Assembly (NCBI RefSeq): GCF_009557235.1
Contig: NZ_CP045650.1
Span: 2,490,001-2,522,000, forward strand
DNA: 32,000 nucleotides
Direction: 5' to 3'
Origin: Acinetobacter wanghuae
GTDB taxonomy: Bacteria; Pseudomonadota; Gammaproteobacteria; Pseudomonadales; Moraxellaceae
The notes under the pieces were generated by a model. The model saw nothing but the letters and a program-made list of their open reading frames with translations. It did not search any database and was not told where the DNA came from. The position numbers and the translations under genes were made by a program. Below, one piece after another: positions 16,058-25,986 of this stretch. Position 1 is the stretch's first letter; each line of letters opens with the position of its first letter.

Positions 16058-17542
16058 CTAGTTAAACCATGATTCGCGCGCTTTCATAATGAGTTGACCT
16101 GCTTTTTCAGCATCCAAACCTTCGATATCAGAGATATCATCAGTTGCTTGATCTGCTAAATCATCAACTGTAACTACACCATGAGCTGCTAGAGCTTGCG
16201 CGATCTCTACTGTCATGCCTTCCATTGCAACAAGTTCTTCACTTGGCGCTTGTACGTTTTCTTGCTGTTTTAATGCATCAGCAAGTGCAACTTCTTTTGC
16301 ACGGCTTTGCAGTAGTTCAACTAGTTCAGCTTCAAGTTCAATTTCTTCGAACGTTTCAGCAGGTACGTATGCGATTTCTTCAAGCGACGTGAAGCCCATT
16401 TCTACGAGTGCCATTGCTAGATCTTCAGCAATATCAAGACGTGTTACAAACATGTCTAAATATTTTTGAGCTTCGCTTTGTTGGCGCGCGTAGTATTCTT
16501 CTTCTAACATCATGTCTAGCTTGTAGCCAGTCAATTCAGATGCTAAACGAACGTTTTGACCTTGTGAACCGATCGCACGAGCCAATTGATCACTCGTTGC
16601 GAAAATGATGTCTGCTGTATGTGCATCTTCATCAATCACAATACTTGATACATCAGCTGGTTCTAAAGCGCTTGCGATGTACTGTGCAGGATCATCAGAC
16701 CATACCACCACATCAATACGCTCACCGTTTAACTCAGATTGTACCGCTTGGATACGTGTACCACGCATACCAATACAAGCACCGACTGGGTCAATACGAT
16801 GGTCATTTGTTTTCACTGCAATTTTAGCACGCACACCCGGTTGACGAGCAGCGGCTTTAATTTCAATGATTTCTTCTGAGATTTCAGGAATCTCTTTCTT
16901 CATCAATGCAATCAGCATTTCAGGCTTAGCACGCGACAATAATAATTGCGCGCCACGACCTTCACGGTTCACATTGTAAAGAATGGCACTTACGCGTTGC
17001 TTCGGACGAAGAATTTCTTTTGCAATCATTTCTTCGCGTGCAAGATACGCTTCTGCATTTTCACCTAAGTCAATAATGAAGCCATCTTTGGTTTGTTTTT
17101 TCACTTCACCATAAATGAGTTCACCGACTTTAGATTCATAAGCATCGGCAACTAAAGCACGTTCAGCTTCACGGATCTTTTGTACGATCACTTGCTTGGC
17201 AATTTGCGCTGCAATACGACCGAAATCAATTGATTCAACTTCTAATTCACGAATATCACCGATTGACCATTCAGCAGGATCTACATCTGTGATCGCATCT
17301 TGGCACGCTGGCATTTCGTGATCTTCATCAGCTACCACTTCCCACTGACGGAAAGTACGGTAGTCACCTGTCTTGCGATCGATTTCCACACGTAAACGTG
17401 CTTCTTCCGAATGCGTACCCTCATAGAATTTCTTCTTGGTCGCTGCTACTAAAGCTTGTTCTAGCGCTTCGAAAATTGCTTCACGAGGTACACCTTTCTC
17501 GTTACTAACCGTTTCAACTACGGTAAGAATTTCACGTGCCAT
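16058..17542 (-). CDS. nusA: Transcription termination/antitermination factor NusA
   Basis: MAREILTVVETVSNEKGV N-terminus, S1 and KH regions, acidic C-terminal repeats. The stop lies 10 nt upstream of infB. Confidence 0.97.
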   Translation of the reverse strand: MAREILTVVETVSNEKGVPREAIFEALEQALVAATKKKFYEGTHSEEARLRVEIDRKTGDYRTFRQWEVVADEDHEMPACQDAITDVDPAEWSIGDIRELEVESIDFGRIAAQIAKQVIVQKIREAERALVADAYESKVGELIYGEVKKQTKDGFIIDLGENAEAYLAREEMIAKEILRPKQRVSAILYNVNREGRGAQLLLSRAKPEMLIALMKKEIPEISEEIIEIKAAARQPGVRAKIAVKTNDHRIDPVGACIGMRGTRIQAVQSELNGERIDVVVWSDDPAQYIASALEPADVSSIVIDEDAHTADIIFATSDQLARAIGSQGQNVRLASELTGYKLDMMLEEEYYARQQSEAQKYLDMFVTRLDIAEDLAMALVEMGFTSLEEIAYVPAETFEEIELEAELVELLQSRAKEVALADALKQQENVQAPSEELVAMEGMTVEIAQALAAHGVVTVDDLADQATDDISDIEGLDAEKAGQLIMKARESWFN

Positions 17543-17577
17543 GAGTCACCTATTCGTTCAGATTCTTATTAATTGAA

Positions 17578-18102
17578 TTAATCTTGGTAGATCAAATTTG
17601 CTTTATCGATATTGTGACTGTCGATATCCAAAATTTGTTGCTGTTCCACTTCCACTTGAATCATTTCATTTTCAAGGTCTACAGACACCAATTTTGCTTG
17701 AAACTTACGACGGTTTTCAACCGCACTAATCAAACGTAATGCAACCGTTTGACCGATATAAGCTTGCAATTGATTGAGCTGGAAGAATGGACGATCCCAA
17801 CCTGGTGAAGATACTTCTAAAGCATATTCGCCTGAGATTGGATCATGCACGTCAAGCATCGCACCGACTTGCTGTGTTACACGTACACAGTCTTGTACGC
17901 CAATGCCACGCCCTTCTTCGACTTCGCCTTCTTCGTTTACAACAGGTTCAGCACCCGCTTCAACAGGACGGTCGATATAAATACGTAATAAAGAACGTTT
18001 ACCTTGAGGAATGAATTCAATTCCCCATAAATCTACGTCGCAAGCTTCAACTGCAGGTGCAATTAAGTCTTGGAGTGCTTGAGTTTTACTAGATAGCTTC
18101 AT
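17578..18102 (-). CDS. rimP: Ribosome maturation factor RimP
   Basis: 174 aa directly upstream of nusA, with the [12 protein letters not shown] motif. Confidence 0.9.
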   Translation of the reverse strand: MKLSSKTQALQDLIAPAVEACDVDLWGIEFIPQGKRSLLRIYIDRPVEAGAEPVVNEEGEVEEGRGIGVQDCVRVTQQVGAMLDVHDPISGEYALEVSSPGWDRPFFQLNQLQAYIGQTVALRLISAVENRRKFQAKLVSVDLENEMIQVEVEQQQILDIDSHNIDKANLIYQD

Positions 18103-18222
18103 TTACTCTCGTCATCAGGTGCGATTTATGATCTATTTGACCACTACAAACCAATCAAAACTATAGTAGTAGTGAAACATGGAGATTTGACCAAATAATG
18201 TCGACACTACACGATAGCCAAT

Positions 18223-18244
18223 AAAAAAGGGCGAAAATCGCCCC
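18223..18244 (-). terminator. Intrinsic terminator/attenuator between tRNA-fMet and rimP (distal)
   Basis: The minus strand reads ggggcgattttcgccc followed by tttttt. Confidence 0.7.
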
Positions 18245-18284
18245 AATTACTGCACAACTAGAACTTTTTCAAATTCCACTGTGC

Positions 18285-18310
18285 AAAAAGGCCCACCATA
18301 GTTGTGAGCC
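18285..18310 (-). terminator. Intrinsic terminator/attenuator immediately after the tRNA-fMet array (proximal)
   Basis: The minus strand reads ggctcac-aactatg-gtgggcc (6/7 pairs) followed by ttttt. Confidence 0.6.
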
Positions 18311-18323
18311 TCTTTTAGAAACT

Positions 18324-18400
<77 letters not shown>

Positions 18401-18487
18401 TCAACGTGCAAAAATTATATACAATAAACGAGAACTTTTCAATCAAAACCACGTTCATGCACATATTTGTTATAAGTCACTGAAAAT

Positions 18488-18556
18488 TGGTAGCGCGAGC
18501 TGGACTTAAACCAACAAGCTTCGAGATTTTATCAAGTGTTGAGCCCGATGAGCTGA
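18488..18556 (-). pseudogene. Decayed tRNA-fMet copy (not foldable as a tRNA by hand)
   Basis: tggtagcgCgagctggaCttAaaccaacAaGcttcgAga...gagcccgaTgagct aligns to the intact copies. It carries point changes and a ~12-nt insertion where the anticodon loop should be. The D-arm and 5' acceptor half are lost. Confidence 0.65.
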
Positions 18557-18594
18557 AAACTTGTTTAAATAACGAATTTTACACTTTCCAAAAG

Positions 18595-18671
<77 letters not shown>

Positions 18672-18738
18672 TCAGCGTACAAATAACATTTCAGTTTAAG
18701 TCTCTAAACTGCTTTCAAAGTTTGCATCTTCAAAAGAT

Positions 18739-18815
<77 letters not shown>

Positions 18816-18895
18816 ACAACATGCAAATAACTCTTCTCAACTTAAACACTGTTTAAGCTGCCTCTTTAAAGTTTGCGTCTTTTAAAAGGATTGAT

Positions 18896-18972
<77 letters not shown>

Positions 18973-19027
18973 ACAACAGAAGTTTTTTTCAGCTGCTAAC
19001 ACCAACTTAAATTTCTGGATTATAAGT

Positions 19028-19112
19028 TGGTGCGGAAGGGGGGACTTGAACCCCCACGCCCGAAAGCACTACCACCTCAAGGTAGCGTGTCTACCAATTC
19101 CACCACCACCGC
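19028..19112 (-). tRNA. leuU: tRNA-Leu (GAG)
   Basis: Reverse complement: GCGGTGGTGGTGGAATTGGTAGACACGCTACCTTGAGGTGGTAGTGCTTTCGGGCGTGGGGGTTCAAGTCCCCCCTTCCGCACCA. It has a long variable arm and a GAG anticodon. The D and anticodon arms are identical to E. coli leuU as I recall it. The position after secG is the same as in E. coli. My hand fold gives one U5:U68 mismatch in the acceptor stem. Confidence 0.85.
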
Positions 19113-19166
19113 AGCTGTGTCGCATTCTAATCGCATCATGTGCAAAAAGAAAGCCTTTAAACGAAC

Positions 19167-19496
19167 TTATTCACCACCCTTTGGTGCAGTTGGCGAAGTT
19201 TCATTCGATTGAGCCGGTGCTGACGTTGTAGAAGAAATAGATTTTAGACTATAAGCATCCGTCGTTTCTTTCTTGGCAAAAATCGCTAACGTCAAACTTG
19301 TGACAAAAAACAATGCCGTTAAAACAGCAGTTACACGGGTCAAGAAATTACCTGAACCTGATGCACCAAACACGGTTGCAGCACCACCACCACCGAATGA
19401 GGCACCTGCATCCGCACCCTTACCATGCTGAACTAAGATCAAACCAATCATTAGAACTGCCAAGATAATATGTACGACTAGCACAAAAGTTTGCAT
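19167..19496 (-). CDS. secG: Preprotein translocase subunit SecG
   Basis: MQTFVLVVHIILAVLMIGLILVQHGKGADAGASFGGG. ATG 19496 follows GGAG. The longer ORF to 19574 overlaps tpiA and was rejected. Confidence 0.9.
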   Translation of the reverse strand: MQTFVLVVHIILAVLMIGLILVQHGKGADAGASFGGGGAATVFGASGSGNFLTRVTAVLTALFFVTSLTLAIFAKKETTDAYSLKSISSTTSAPAQSNETSPTAPKGGE

Positions 19497-19509
19497 GCTG
19501 AACTCCTCA

Positions 19510-20301
19510 TTATTGTGTATTTGCAAATGCTTGAGCAATTTGATGGAACGACTCAGCATTGAGTGATGCACCACCCACCAATGCCCCGTTGATATCAGGG
19601 CAGGCTGCTAACTCTACTGCATTTTCAGGTTTTACACTACCGCCATATAAAATCGCCATCGTTTCTGCATAACCGGTAATTTGTTTTAAGCCTTGGCGAA
19701 TTTGCGCATGCATAGTTTGTGCATCATCGGGTGACGCAGTTTTGCCTGTACCAATTGCCCAGATTGGCTCATACGCAATGACAATATTCTGCCACTGCTC
19801 AGCCGCAACGACAGCGGCAATATCACAAACCTGTTGCAATACCACAGCTTCTGCTTGCCCTGCTTCACGTTGCTCTAGACTTTCGCCCACGCAATAAATT
19901 ACGGTTAAACCTGCATTTAACGCATTTTGAATCTTTGCATTCAAAATAGCCGCGTTTTCAGCAAAAATTTCACGACGCTCTGAATGTCCAACCAATACAT
20001 ACTGAATACCGTAATCCGCTAATAGCTCTGCACTGACCTCACCCGTATATGCGCCTGTCGCTGAAATACGAGACAAATCTTGGGCAACAGTATGAACAGC
20101 ACGACCTGCAGTTTTTAATTCAGCTTGAGTTTGCAACAAAGCAATCGAAATCGGTGCGACACCCAAAATACATTTTTCTTCAGCAATGGGCGCGCGCTCA
20201 AGTAATTTTTTAAAATCACTGATTAACTTCAATGCATCTGCTTGTACTGGATTCATTTTCCAGTTGCCCACTACCCAAGGGGTAATCGTCGACACCGACA
20301 T
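19510..20301 (-). CDS. tpiA: Triosephosphate isomerase
   Basis: [25 protein letters not shown] and ILYGGSV motifs. Start taken at [15 protein letters not shown] (20301) rather than the ORF-track start 20352. Confidence 0.93.
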   Translation of the reverse strand: MSVSTITPWVVGNWKMNPVQADALKLISDFKKLLERAPIAEEKCILGVAPISIALLQTQAELKTAGRAVHTVAQDLSRISATGAYTGEVSAELLADYGIQYVLVGHSERREIFAENAAILNAKIQNALNAGLTVIYCVGESLEQREAGQAEAVVLQQVCDIAAVVAAEQWQNIVIAYEPIWAIGTGKTASPDDAQTMHAQIRQGLKQITGYAETMAILYGGSVKPENAVELAACPDINGALVGGASLNAESFHQIAQAFANTQ

Positions 20302-20580
20302 ATATAACCTATTTAACTGACAAATCTTAAATTGGGCACATTCTACACGCAATTCTCATTTGATAAGAATAGTTTTCTTATCGCATTTATTCAGGATAGA
20401 CTATTCAAGTTGGTGATTTTTTGTTATCACTTAAAATAAATGGGGATTTCTTCTAACTGGTTCAAACTTTTCTTGAACTTGAAGAAGATAGAAATACGTT
20501 AAAGTATGGTAATTTTAACCAACAGACGTATAATTTTAATAAAGCAATTAAAACAATTTGATTCATAGGCATACTTAAGC

Positions 20581-22287
20581 ATGACAGCACTTCAGGGATC
20601 TATCCGATTTACAGGTTTTATTCGTCGTATTGTCGATGAGGGTCTTTTGTCTGCCGAACATATGCAGGCCGCTTTAATTAACTCCAAACGCGATAAAGTC
20701 GATATCGTGCCGTACTTGATTGAGCACCATAAAATTTCAGCAGCAATCATTGCAGAAAAAATTTCGACTGAATTTGGTGAACCTTTATTTGATATTAGCG
20801 CCTATGATCCGGCACAAATTCTACGCGATGAAATTGATGAAAAACTCATTACCAAGCATCGCATGCTGCCAATCTTTAAAAATTCCAGCATTTTATATAT
20901 TGCCACCAGTAATCCGACCAATGTTGAAGCTGTGGATGCCGTTCGTTTCGCCACAAAACTCAATATTGAAACCATTATTGTTGAACACAACAAACTTGAA
21001 AAACTAATAGAACAAAACTTTGCTGAAGAAAGCACTTTCGATTTTGATGACGATTTTGACCTTGATGTTGATGTCGACACTTCTGATCCAAACAAAGAAG
21101 AAGATACAGACAAAGGCGATGAAGCTCCTATTGTAAAATACATCAATAAGTTATTGATCGATGCCATCCGCATGGGCGCATCAGATTTACACTTTGAGCC
21201 TTATGAAAAGATTTATCGTGTCCGTTATCGTGTCGATGGTGTATTGCGTCAAATTGCTACTCCGCCACTACAATTAGCCAATCGTCTTTCATCACGCTTA
21301 AAAGTCATGTCACAAATGGATATTTCTGAAAAACGTGTGCCTCAAGACGGTCGTATTAAATTAAAACTTTCCAAAAATAAAGCGATTGATTTCCGTGTGA
21401 ACTCATTACCAACGCTCTTTGGTGAAAAGTTAGTATTACGTATTTTGGATCCATCCAGTGCGATGCTCGGCATTGATGCCTTGGGTTATGAACCTGATCA
21501 AAAAGAACTGTTTATGCAGGCTTTGGATAAACCGCAAGGAATGCTACTCATTACGGGTCCGACGGGTTCTGGTAAAACGGTTTCTTTATATACGGGCTTA
21601 AATATTCTCAATCGTGAAGATACCAATATTTCTACTGCCGAAGATCCAGTGGAAATTAACTTACAAGGCATTAATCAGGTTAACGTTAATAATAAAGTTG
21701 GTTTAACTTTCTCTGTCGCATTGAAGTCTTTCTTACGTCAAGATCCAGATATTGTCATGGTCGGTGAGATTCGAGACTTAGAAACAGCCGAAATCGCAGT
21801 TAAAGCGGCACAAACTGGACATATGGTGATGTCGACACTGCATACCAATAGTGCGCCAGAAACCTTAACGCGTTTACGTAATATGGGTGTGCCCTCTTTT
21901 AATATCGCGACCTCGGTCAATCTTGTGATCGCACAACGACTCGCACGTCGTTTATGCTCGCAATGCAAAAAACCAGCAGATATTCCAAAACAAAGTTTAT
22001 TGGAAATGGGCTTTACCGAAGAAGACCTCCAAAATCCAGAGTTTCAGGTCTATGAACCCATTGGCTGTAGTGAATGCCGAGAAGGTTATAAAGGTCGTGT
22101 CGGTGTGTATGAAGTCATGAAAGTTACACCAGAAATTTCAAGAATTATTATGGAAGATGGCAATGCAATTGAGATTGCCGAAGCTTCCGCTCGTGCAGGT
22201 TTTAACAATTTACGCCGATCAGGTTTATTAAAGGTTATGCAGGGGGTGACTTCTTTACAGGAAGTCAATCGTGTGACCAGCGAATGA
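20581..22287 (+). CDS. pilB: Type IV pilus assembly ATPase PilB (GspE family)
   Basis: Walker A GPTGSGKT, Asp and His boxes (MVGEIRDLETA, TGHMVMSTLHTN), a CSQC...CSEC tetracysteine, and an acidic linker. It is followed by pilC and pilD. Confidence 0.95.
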   Translation: MTALQGSIRFTGFIRRIVDEGLLSAEHMQAALINSKRDKVDIVPYLIEHHKISAAIIAEKISTEFGEPLFDISAYDPAQILRDEIDEKLITKHRMLPIFKNSSILYIATSNPTNVEAVDAVRFATKLNIETIIVEHNKLEKLIEQNFAEESTFDFDDDFDLDVDVDTSDPNKEEDTDKGDEAPIVKYINKLLIDAIRMGASDLHFEPYEKIYRVRYRVDGVLRQIATPPLQLANRLSSRLKVMSQMDISEKRVPQDGRIKLKLSKNKAIDFRVNSLPTLFGEKLVLRILDPSSAMLGIDALGYEPDQKELFMQALDKPQGMLLITGPTGSGKTVSLYTGLNILNREDTNISTAEDPVEINLQGINQVNVNNKVGLTFSVALKSFLRQDPDIVMVGEIRDLETAEIAVKAAQTGHMVMSTLHTNSAPETLTRLRNMGVPSFNIATSVNLVIAQRLARRLCSQCKKPADIPKQSLLEMGFTEEDLQNPEFQVYEPIGCSECREGYKGRVGVYEVMKVTPEISRIIMEDGNAIEIAEASARAGFNNLRRSGLLKVMQGVTSLQEVNRVTSE

Positions 22288-22319
22288 TCAGGCGCTTAAG
22301 CTAAAATAAGGATAAACAC

Positions 22320-23549
22320 ATGGCAGTAGCGAAAAAAGGTCAAATGATGCCGACCTTCGTTTATGAAGGGGTTGATCGTAAAGGGGTAAAACTCAAAGGT
22401 GAATTGCCTGCACGTAATATGGCATTGGCAAAAGTCACCTTACGTAAACAGGGTATTAGCATTAAAACCATTCGAGAAAAACGCAAAAATATTCTTGAAG
22501 GTTTAATGAAAAAGAAGGTCTCTACCTTAGATATTACTGTCTTTACTCGTCAGTTAGCGACCATGATGAAAGCCGGTGTACCCTTAGTGCAAGGCTTTGA
22601 AATTGTAGCTGAAGGCTTAGAAAACCCCTCTATGCGTGAAGTAGTTTTGGGCATTAAAGGTGAAGTGGAAGGTGGTAATACTTTCGCTGGTGCACTGCGT
22701 AAATATCCTCAGTACTTTGATAAGCTTTTTTGTTCTTTGGTGGAATCAGGTGAGCAGTCAGGCTCACTCGAAACCATGTTAGATCGTGTTGCTATTTATA
22801 AAGAAAAGAGCGAGCTATTAAAGCAAAAGATTAAAAAAGCCATGAAATACCCCGCGGCTGTTGTGGTCGTAGCTATCGTGGTGACGATTATCCTCATGGT
22901 GAAAGTGGTTCCCGTATTTGAAGAACTCTTTACATCATTTGGTGCCGACCTACCCGCATTTACCAAAATGGTCGTCAACATGTCACAGTGGACACAAAAA
23001 TATTGGTTCCTACTGATTATCTTTATTGCGCTTGTCATTACTGCCTTTTTGGAAGCAAAAAAACGTAGTAAAAAATTCCGTGACTTCTTAGATAAAGCTG
23101 CACTTAAAGCACCTATTTTTGGTGATTTGGTCTATAAAGCGATTATTGCGCGTTATAGCCGTACTTTAGCCACCACATTTGCTGCCGGTGTACCGTTAAT
23201 TGATGCCCTTGAATCGACTGCTGGTGCAACCAATAACTGTGTTTACGAAGATGCGGTGATGAAAATTCGTGAAGATGTAGCAACCGGTCAACAGTTGCAA
23301 TTTGCCATGCGTGTGACCAATAAATTCCCCTCAATGGCCATTCAAATGGTCGCGATTGGTGAAGAATCAGGTGCACTTGACTCTATGCTTGATAAAGTTG
23401 CAACCCATTATGAAAATGAAGTCGATAATGCGGTTGATGGTCTCACCTCGATGATGGAACCTCTTATTATGGCGGTGCTTGGTGTCCTTGTCGGTGGCTT
23501 AGTGATTGCAATGTATCTACCAATCTTCCAAATGGGCTCTGTGGTTTAA
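22320..23549 (+). CDS. pilC: Type IV pilus platform protein PilC (GspF family)
   Basis: 409 aa with two GspF-type repeats and three membrane segments. It lies between pilB and pilD. Confidence 0.93.
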   Translation: MAVAKKGQMMPTFVYEGVDRKGVKLKGELPARNMALAKVTLRKQGISIKTIREKRKNILEGLMKKKVSTLDITVFTRQLATMMKAGVPLVQGFEIVAEGLENPSMREVVLGIKGEVEGGNTFAGALRKYPQYFDKLFCSLVESGEQSGSLETMLDRVAIYKEKSELLKQKIKKAMKYPAAVVVVAIVVTIILMVKVVPVFEELFTSFGADLPAFTKMVVNMSQWTQKYWFLLIIFIALVITAFLEAKKRSKKFRDFLDKAALKAPIFGDLVYKAIIARYSRTLATTFAAGVPLIDALESTAGATNNCVYEDAVMKIREDVATGQQLQFAMRVTNKFPSMAIQMVAIGEESGALDSMLDKVATHYENEVDNAVDGLTSMMEPLIMAVLGVLVGGLVIAMYLPIFQMGSVV

Positions 23550-24409
23550 TGCACGATTTACTCTTATATTTAACACAAACCCCAACTGCTCTGTATCTTG
23601 TGGTTGGGATTTTTAGTTTATGTATCGGCAGCTTTTTAAATGTCGTGATTTACCGCACACCGAAGATGATGGAGCAAGAATGGCGTATCGATTGTCAGCT
23701 GTTTTTGCATCCTGAACACCCCATTATTGATGAAGCCAAACTGAGTTTAAGCAAACCGAACTCTACCTGTCCAAAATGTCACAACCCAATTCGTTGGTAT
23801 CAAAATATTCCGGTGATCAGTTGGTTAGTTCTACGTGGGAAATGTGGAAATTGTCAAAATCCGATTAGTATACGTTATCCATTCATTGAAGCTTTAACTG
23901 CAGTCTGCTCACTGATTGTCGTGGCGGTATTTGGTCCTACGCTTCAAATGCTGTTTGGCTTGATCCTCACTTATGTATTGATTGCACTCACCTTTATTGA
24001 TTTTGATAGTCAGCTACTGCCTGATCGCTATACCCTTCCTCTTGCTGCACTTGGTTTAGGTATTAATAGCTATGCCATTTACACCACACCCACTATGTCA
24101 ATTTGGGGATATATCATCGGCTTCTTATGCCTGTGGGTTGTGTATTACCTGTTTAAAATTATTACCGGCAAAGAAGGCATGGGCTATGGTGATTTCAAAC
24201 TCTTAGCTGCATTAGGTGCATGGATGGGACCGCTCATGCTGCCCCTTATCGTGCTGTTATCTTCTTTGGTTGGGGCAATTATTGGGATTATTTTACTCAA
24301 AGTCCGTAAAGAAAATCAGCCTTTTGCATTCGGTCCTTATATCGCGATTGCAGGTTGGATTGCCTTTCTTTGGGGCGAACAAATTATGAAAGTTTATTTA
24401 GGACAATAA
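23549..24409 (+). CDS. pilD: Prepilin leader peptidase / N-methyltransferase PilD (peptidase A24)
   Basis: TAATG overlap with pilC. CPKC...CGNC cysteine motif and the GMGYGDFKL active-site region. Confidence 0.93.
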   Translation: MHDLLLYLTQTPTALYLVVGIFSLCIGSFLNVVIYRTPKMMEQEWRIDCQLFLHPEHPIIDEAKLSLSKPNSTCPKCHNPIRWYQNIPVISWLVLRGKCGNCQNPISIRYPFIEALTAVCSLIVVAVFGPTLQMLFGLILTYVLIALTFIDFDSQLLPDRYTLPLAALGLGINSYAIYTTPTMSIWGYIIGFLCLWVVYYLFKIITGKEGMGYGDFKLLAALGAWMGPLMLPLIVLLSSLVGAIIGIILLKVRKENQPFAFGPYIAIAGWIAFLWGEQIMKVYLGQ

Positions 24410-24410
24410 G

Positions 24411-25010
24411 TTGAAGTTGATTATTGGTCTCACCGGTGGAATTGGCAGTGGCAAGTCTGCGGCAAGTCGTTGGTTTGAAAATCAAGGCATTGTGGTGGTC
24501 GACGCAGATATTGTCGCACGAGAAATCGTGGATATCGGGCAGCCTGCTTTGGTTGAAATTGCGAAAACCTTTGGTGAGGACATTTTGCTGAATGACGGCG
24601 CTTTAAATCGAAAAGCCTTACGCGAGATTATTTTTCAGTCGAGTGATGCGCGGCAACAACTCGAAGCGATTACCCACCCTGCCATTCGTACCTCGATTAT
24701 TCAACAGCTCAATGCTGCTCACAGCCCGTATGTGATTTTGGTGTCGCCGCTTTTATTTGAAACCAATCAGCATGAATTAACCACACGCAATTTACTGATT
24801 GATGCCTCGGTTGAATTACAAATTGCGCGTGCTACACAGCGTGATGGTCAAAATATCGAACAGATTGAAAAAATCATAGCAGCGCAAATGCCACGTGAAC
24901 AAAAGCAACAGCGTGCTGATGATATTGTTTTAAATGACGGTCAGCTAGCGCATTTATACGCGTCCTTAAGGATCTTGCATGAAAAATATTTAACACTTGC
25001 TCAAGCTTAA
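24411..25010 (+). CDS. coaE: Dephospho-CoA kinase
   Basis: The P-loop GLTGGIGSGKS is at the N-terminus. Canonical position after pilD. TTG start (24411 or 24417). Confidence 0.9.
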   Translation: MKLIIGLTGGIGSGKSAASRWFENQGIVVVDADIVAREIVDIGQPALVEIAKTFGEDILLNDGALNRKALREIIFQSSDARQQLEAITHPAIRTSIIQQLNAAHSPYVILVSPLLFETNQHELTTRNLLIDASVELQIARATQRDGQNIEQIEKIIAAQMPREQKQQRADDIVLNDGQLAHLYASLRILHEKYLTLAQA

Positions 25011-25013
25011 ATA

Positions 25014-25047
25014 CAAAAAAAGCAGTCTTATTTAGACTGCTTTTTTT
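25014..25047. terminator. Bidirectional intrinsic terminator between convergent coaE and the DMT transporter gene
   Basis: aaaaaaa-gcagtct-tattt-agactgc-ttttttt. The right arm overlaps the last codons of the minus-strand transporter gene. Confidence 0.8.
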
Positions 25048-25948
25048 GTGCTGCAAGCTGCGCTTCTAAGCTATCTTTCCGACCAATCCAGCGCCAAGGC
25101 TGTAATGCCCCAAACGCCATACCGACCAAGCCACAAATCATTGCAATACTTAATGACTCACCTAAAAGTGGTACTGCCAAAATCGCGGCAATAAAAGGCG
25201 CTAAGTTCGTCACACTGCCCGCTTTAAATGCACCAAGACGTTTAATCGCTTCGACATAGGTAAGCGTTGCAATGATCACCACAAAGATACCGTGAAATAA
25301 GGTTTGTGATAAAAGATGAACAGGGTCTGGCACTGACAAGTGTTTGGGTAAAAACAACAGATAAACCGGGATATAAACCACAGCAGACCAAATCGCGACA
25401 CTACACATCGCTTGCCATGCCGACAGTTGATATTTACGCAGTAAGACGGTGAAAATTGCCCACAAAATAGCGCTGATAAAAAACAGTAGGTCGCCAATAC
25501 CAAACGCTACGCCCGTTTCCCGATACATCAACACACTCATCAAACACAGCACGACAATCATAATCGCAAGGCTTGCCCAAGTATGTTTATCAAAGGCTTG
25601 TCCCATCAAAAGATAAGCCATGATTGCGGTACAAATCGGGATACATCCATTCAAAAAAATGGCAGCATGTGCTGTGGGTGCATAGTGAAATGCACTATAA
25701 GCAAACAGGCAATAAATCACGCCACCAATCATAGCGAGAATAAGCGGTTCTTTCTTCAGTAAAAAAGCAGCTTTCTTTTGATAGATTAAGATTGGCATCA
25801 AGATCGTAAATGCCAAGGCAAAACGTAATGCGACGATATCCCATGCACTGATGTTCCATAGTGCATTAAGACGTGCAGTTAAGGTAAAACCACCCCAAAT
25901 ACACATGGTAATTAAAACAAAGGCATAACCTTGTATTCGGGGTGACAT
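25028..25948 (-). CDS. DMT-superfamily (EamA-like) transporter
   Basis: 306 aa with ~10 hydrophobic helices in two halves, the typical EamA-repeat architecture. Substrate cannot be determined from the sequence. Confidence 0.7.
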   Translation of the reverse strand: MSPRIQGYAFVLITMCIWGGFTLTARLNALWNISAWDIVALRFALAFTILMPILIYQKKAAFLLKKEPLILAMIGGVIYCLFAYSAFHYAPTAHAAIFLNGCIPICTAIMAYLLMGQAFDKHTWASLAIMIVVLCLMSVLMYRETGVAFGIGDLLFFISAILWAIFTVLLRKYQLSAWQAMCSVAIWSAVVYIPVYLLFLPKHLSVPDPVHLLSQTLFHGIFVVIIATLTYVEAIKRLGAFKAGSVTNLAPFIAAILAVPLLGESLSIAMICGLVGMAFGALQPWRWIGRKDSLEAQLAAQKKQSK

Positions 25949-25986
25949 ACTCTATCTTCTGTGTTGACTATACGAAAAGCGTAACG

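Noticed and set aside
13375-17980. Numerous 60-138 aa ORFs antisense to or overlapping infB, nusA and rimP (for example 14414-14830, 15276-15671, 16215-16469)
   Set aside because: They lie entirely inside strongly supported conserved genes, have low-complexity or Ser/Thr/Cys-rich composition typical of shadow frames, and have no ribosome-binding sites.
19497-19574. Longer 135-aa version of secG and 280-aa version of tpiA from the ORF track
   Set aside because: The N-terminal extensions overlap the neighbouring gene or lack homology-like sequence. The internal ATGs give canonical SecG (MQTFVLVV...) and TpiA ([15 protein letters not shown]...) N-termini, and the secG ATG is preceded by GGAG.
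20362-20382. Perfect 8-bp inverted repeat gataagaa-tagtt-ttcttatc in the tpiA/pilB divergent region as a regulatory site
   Set aside because: It is short, AT-rich and has no flanking T-run. Such hairpins arise by chance in AT-rich intergenic DNA, and I have no supporting context.
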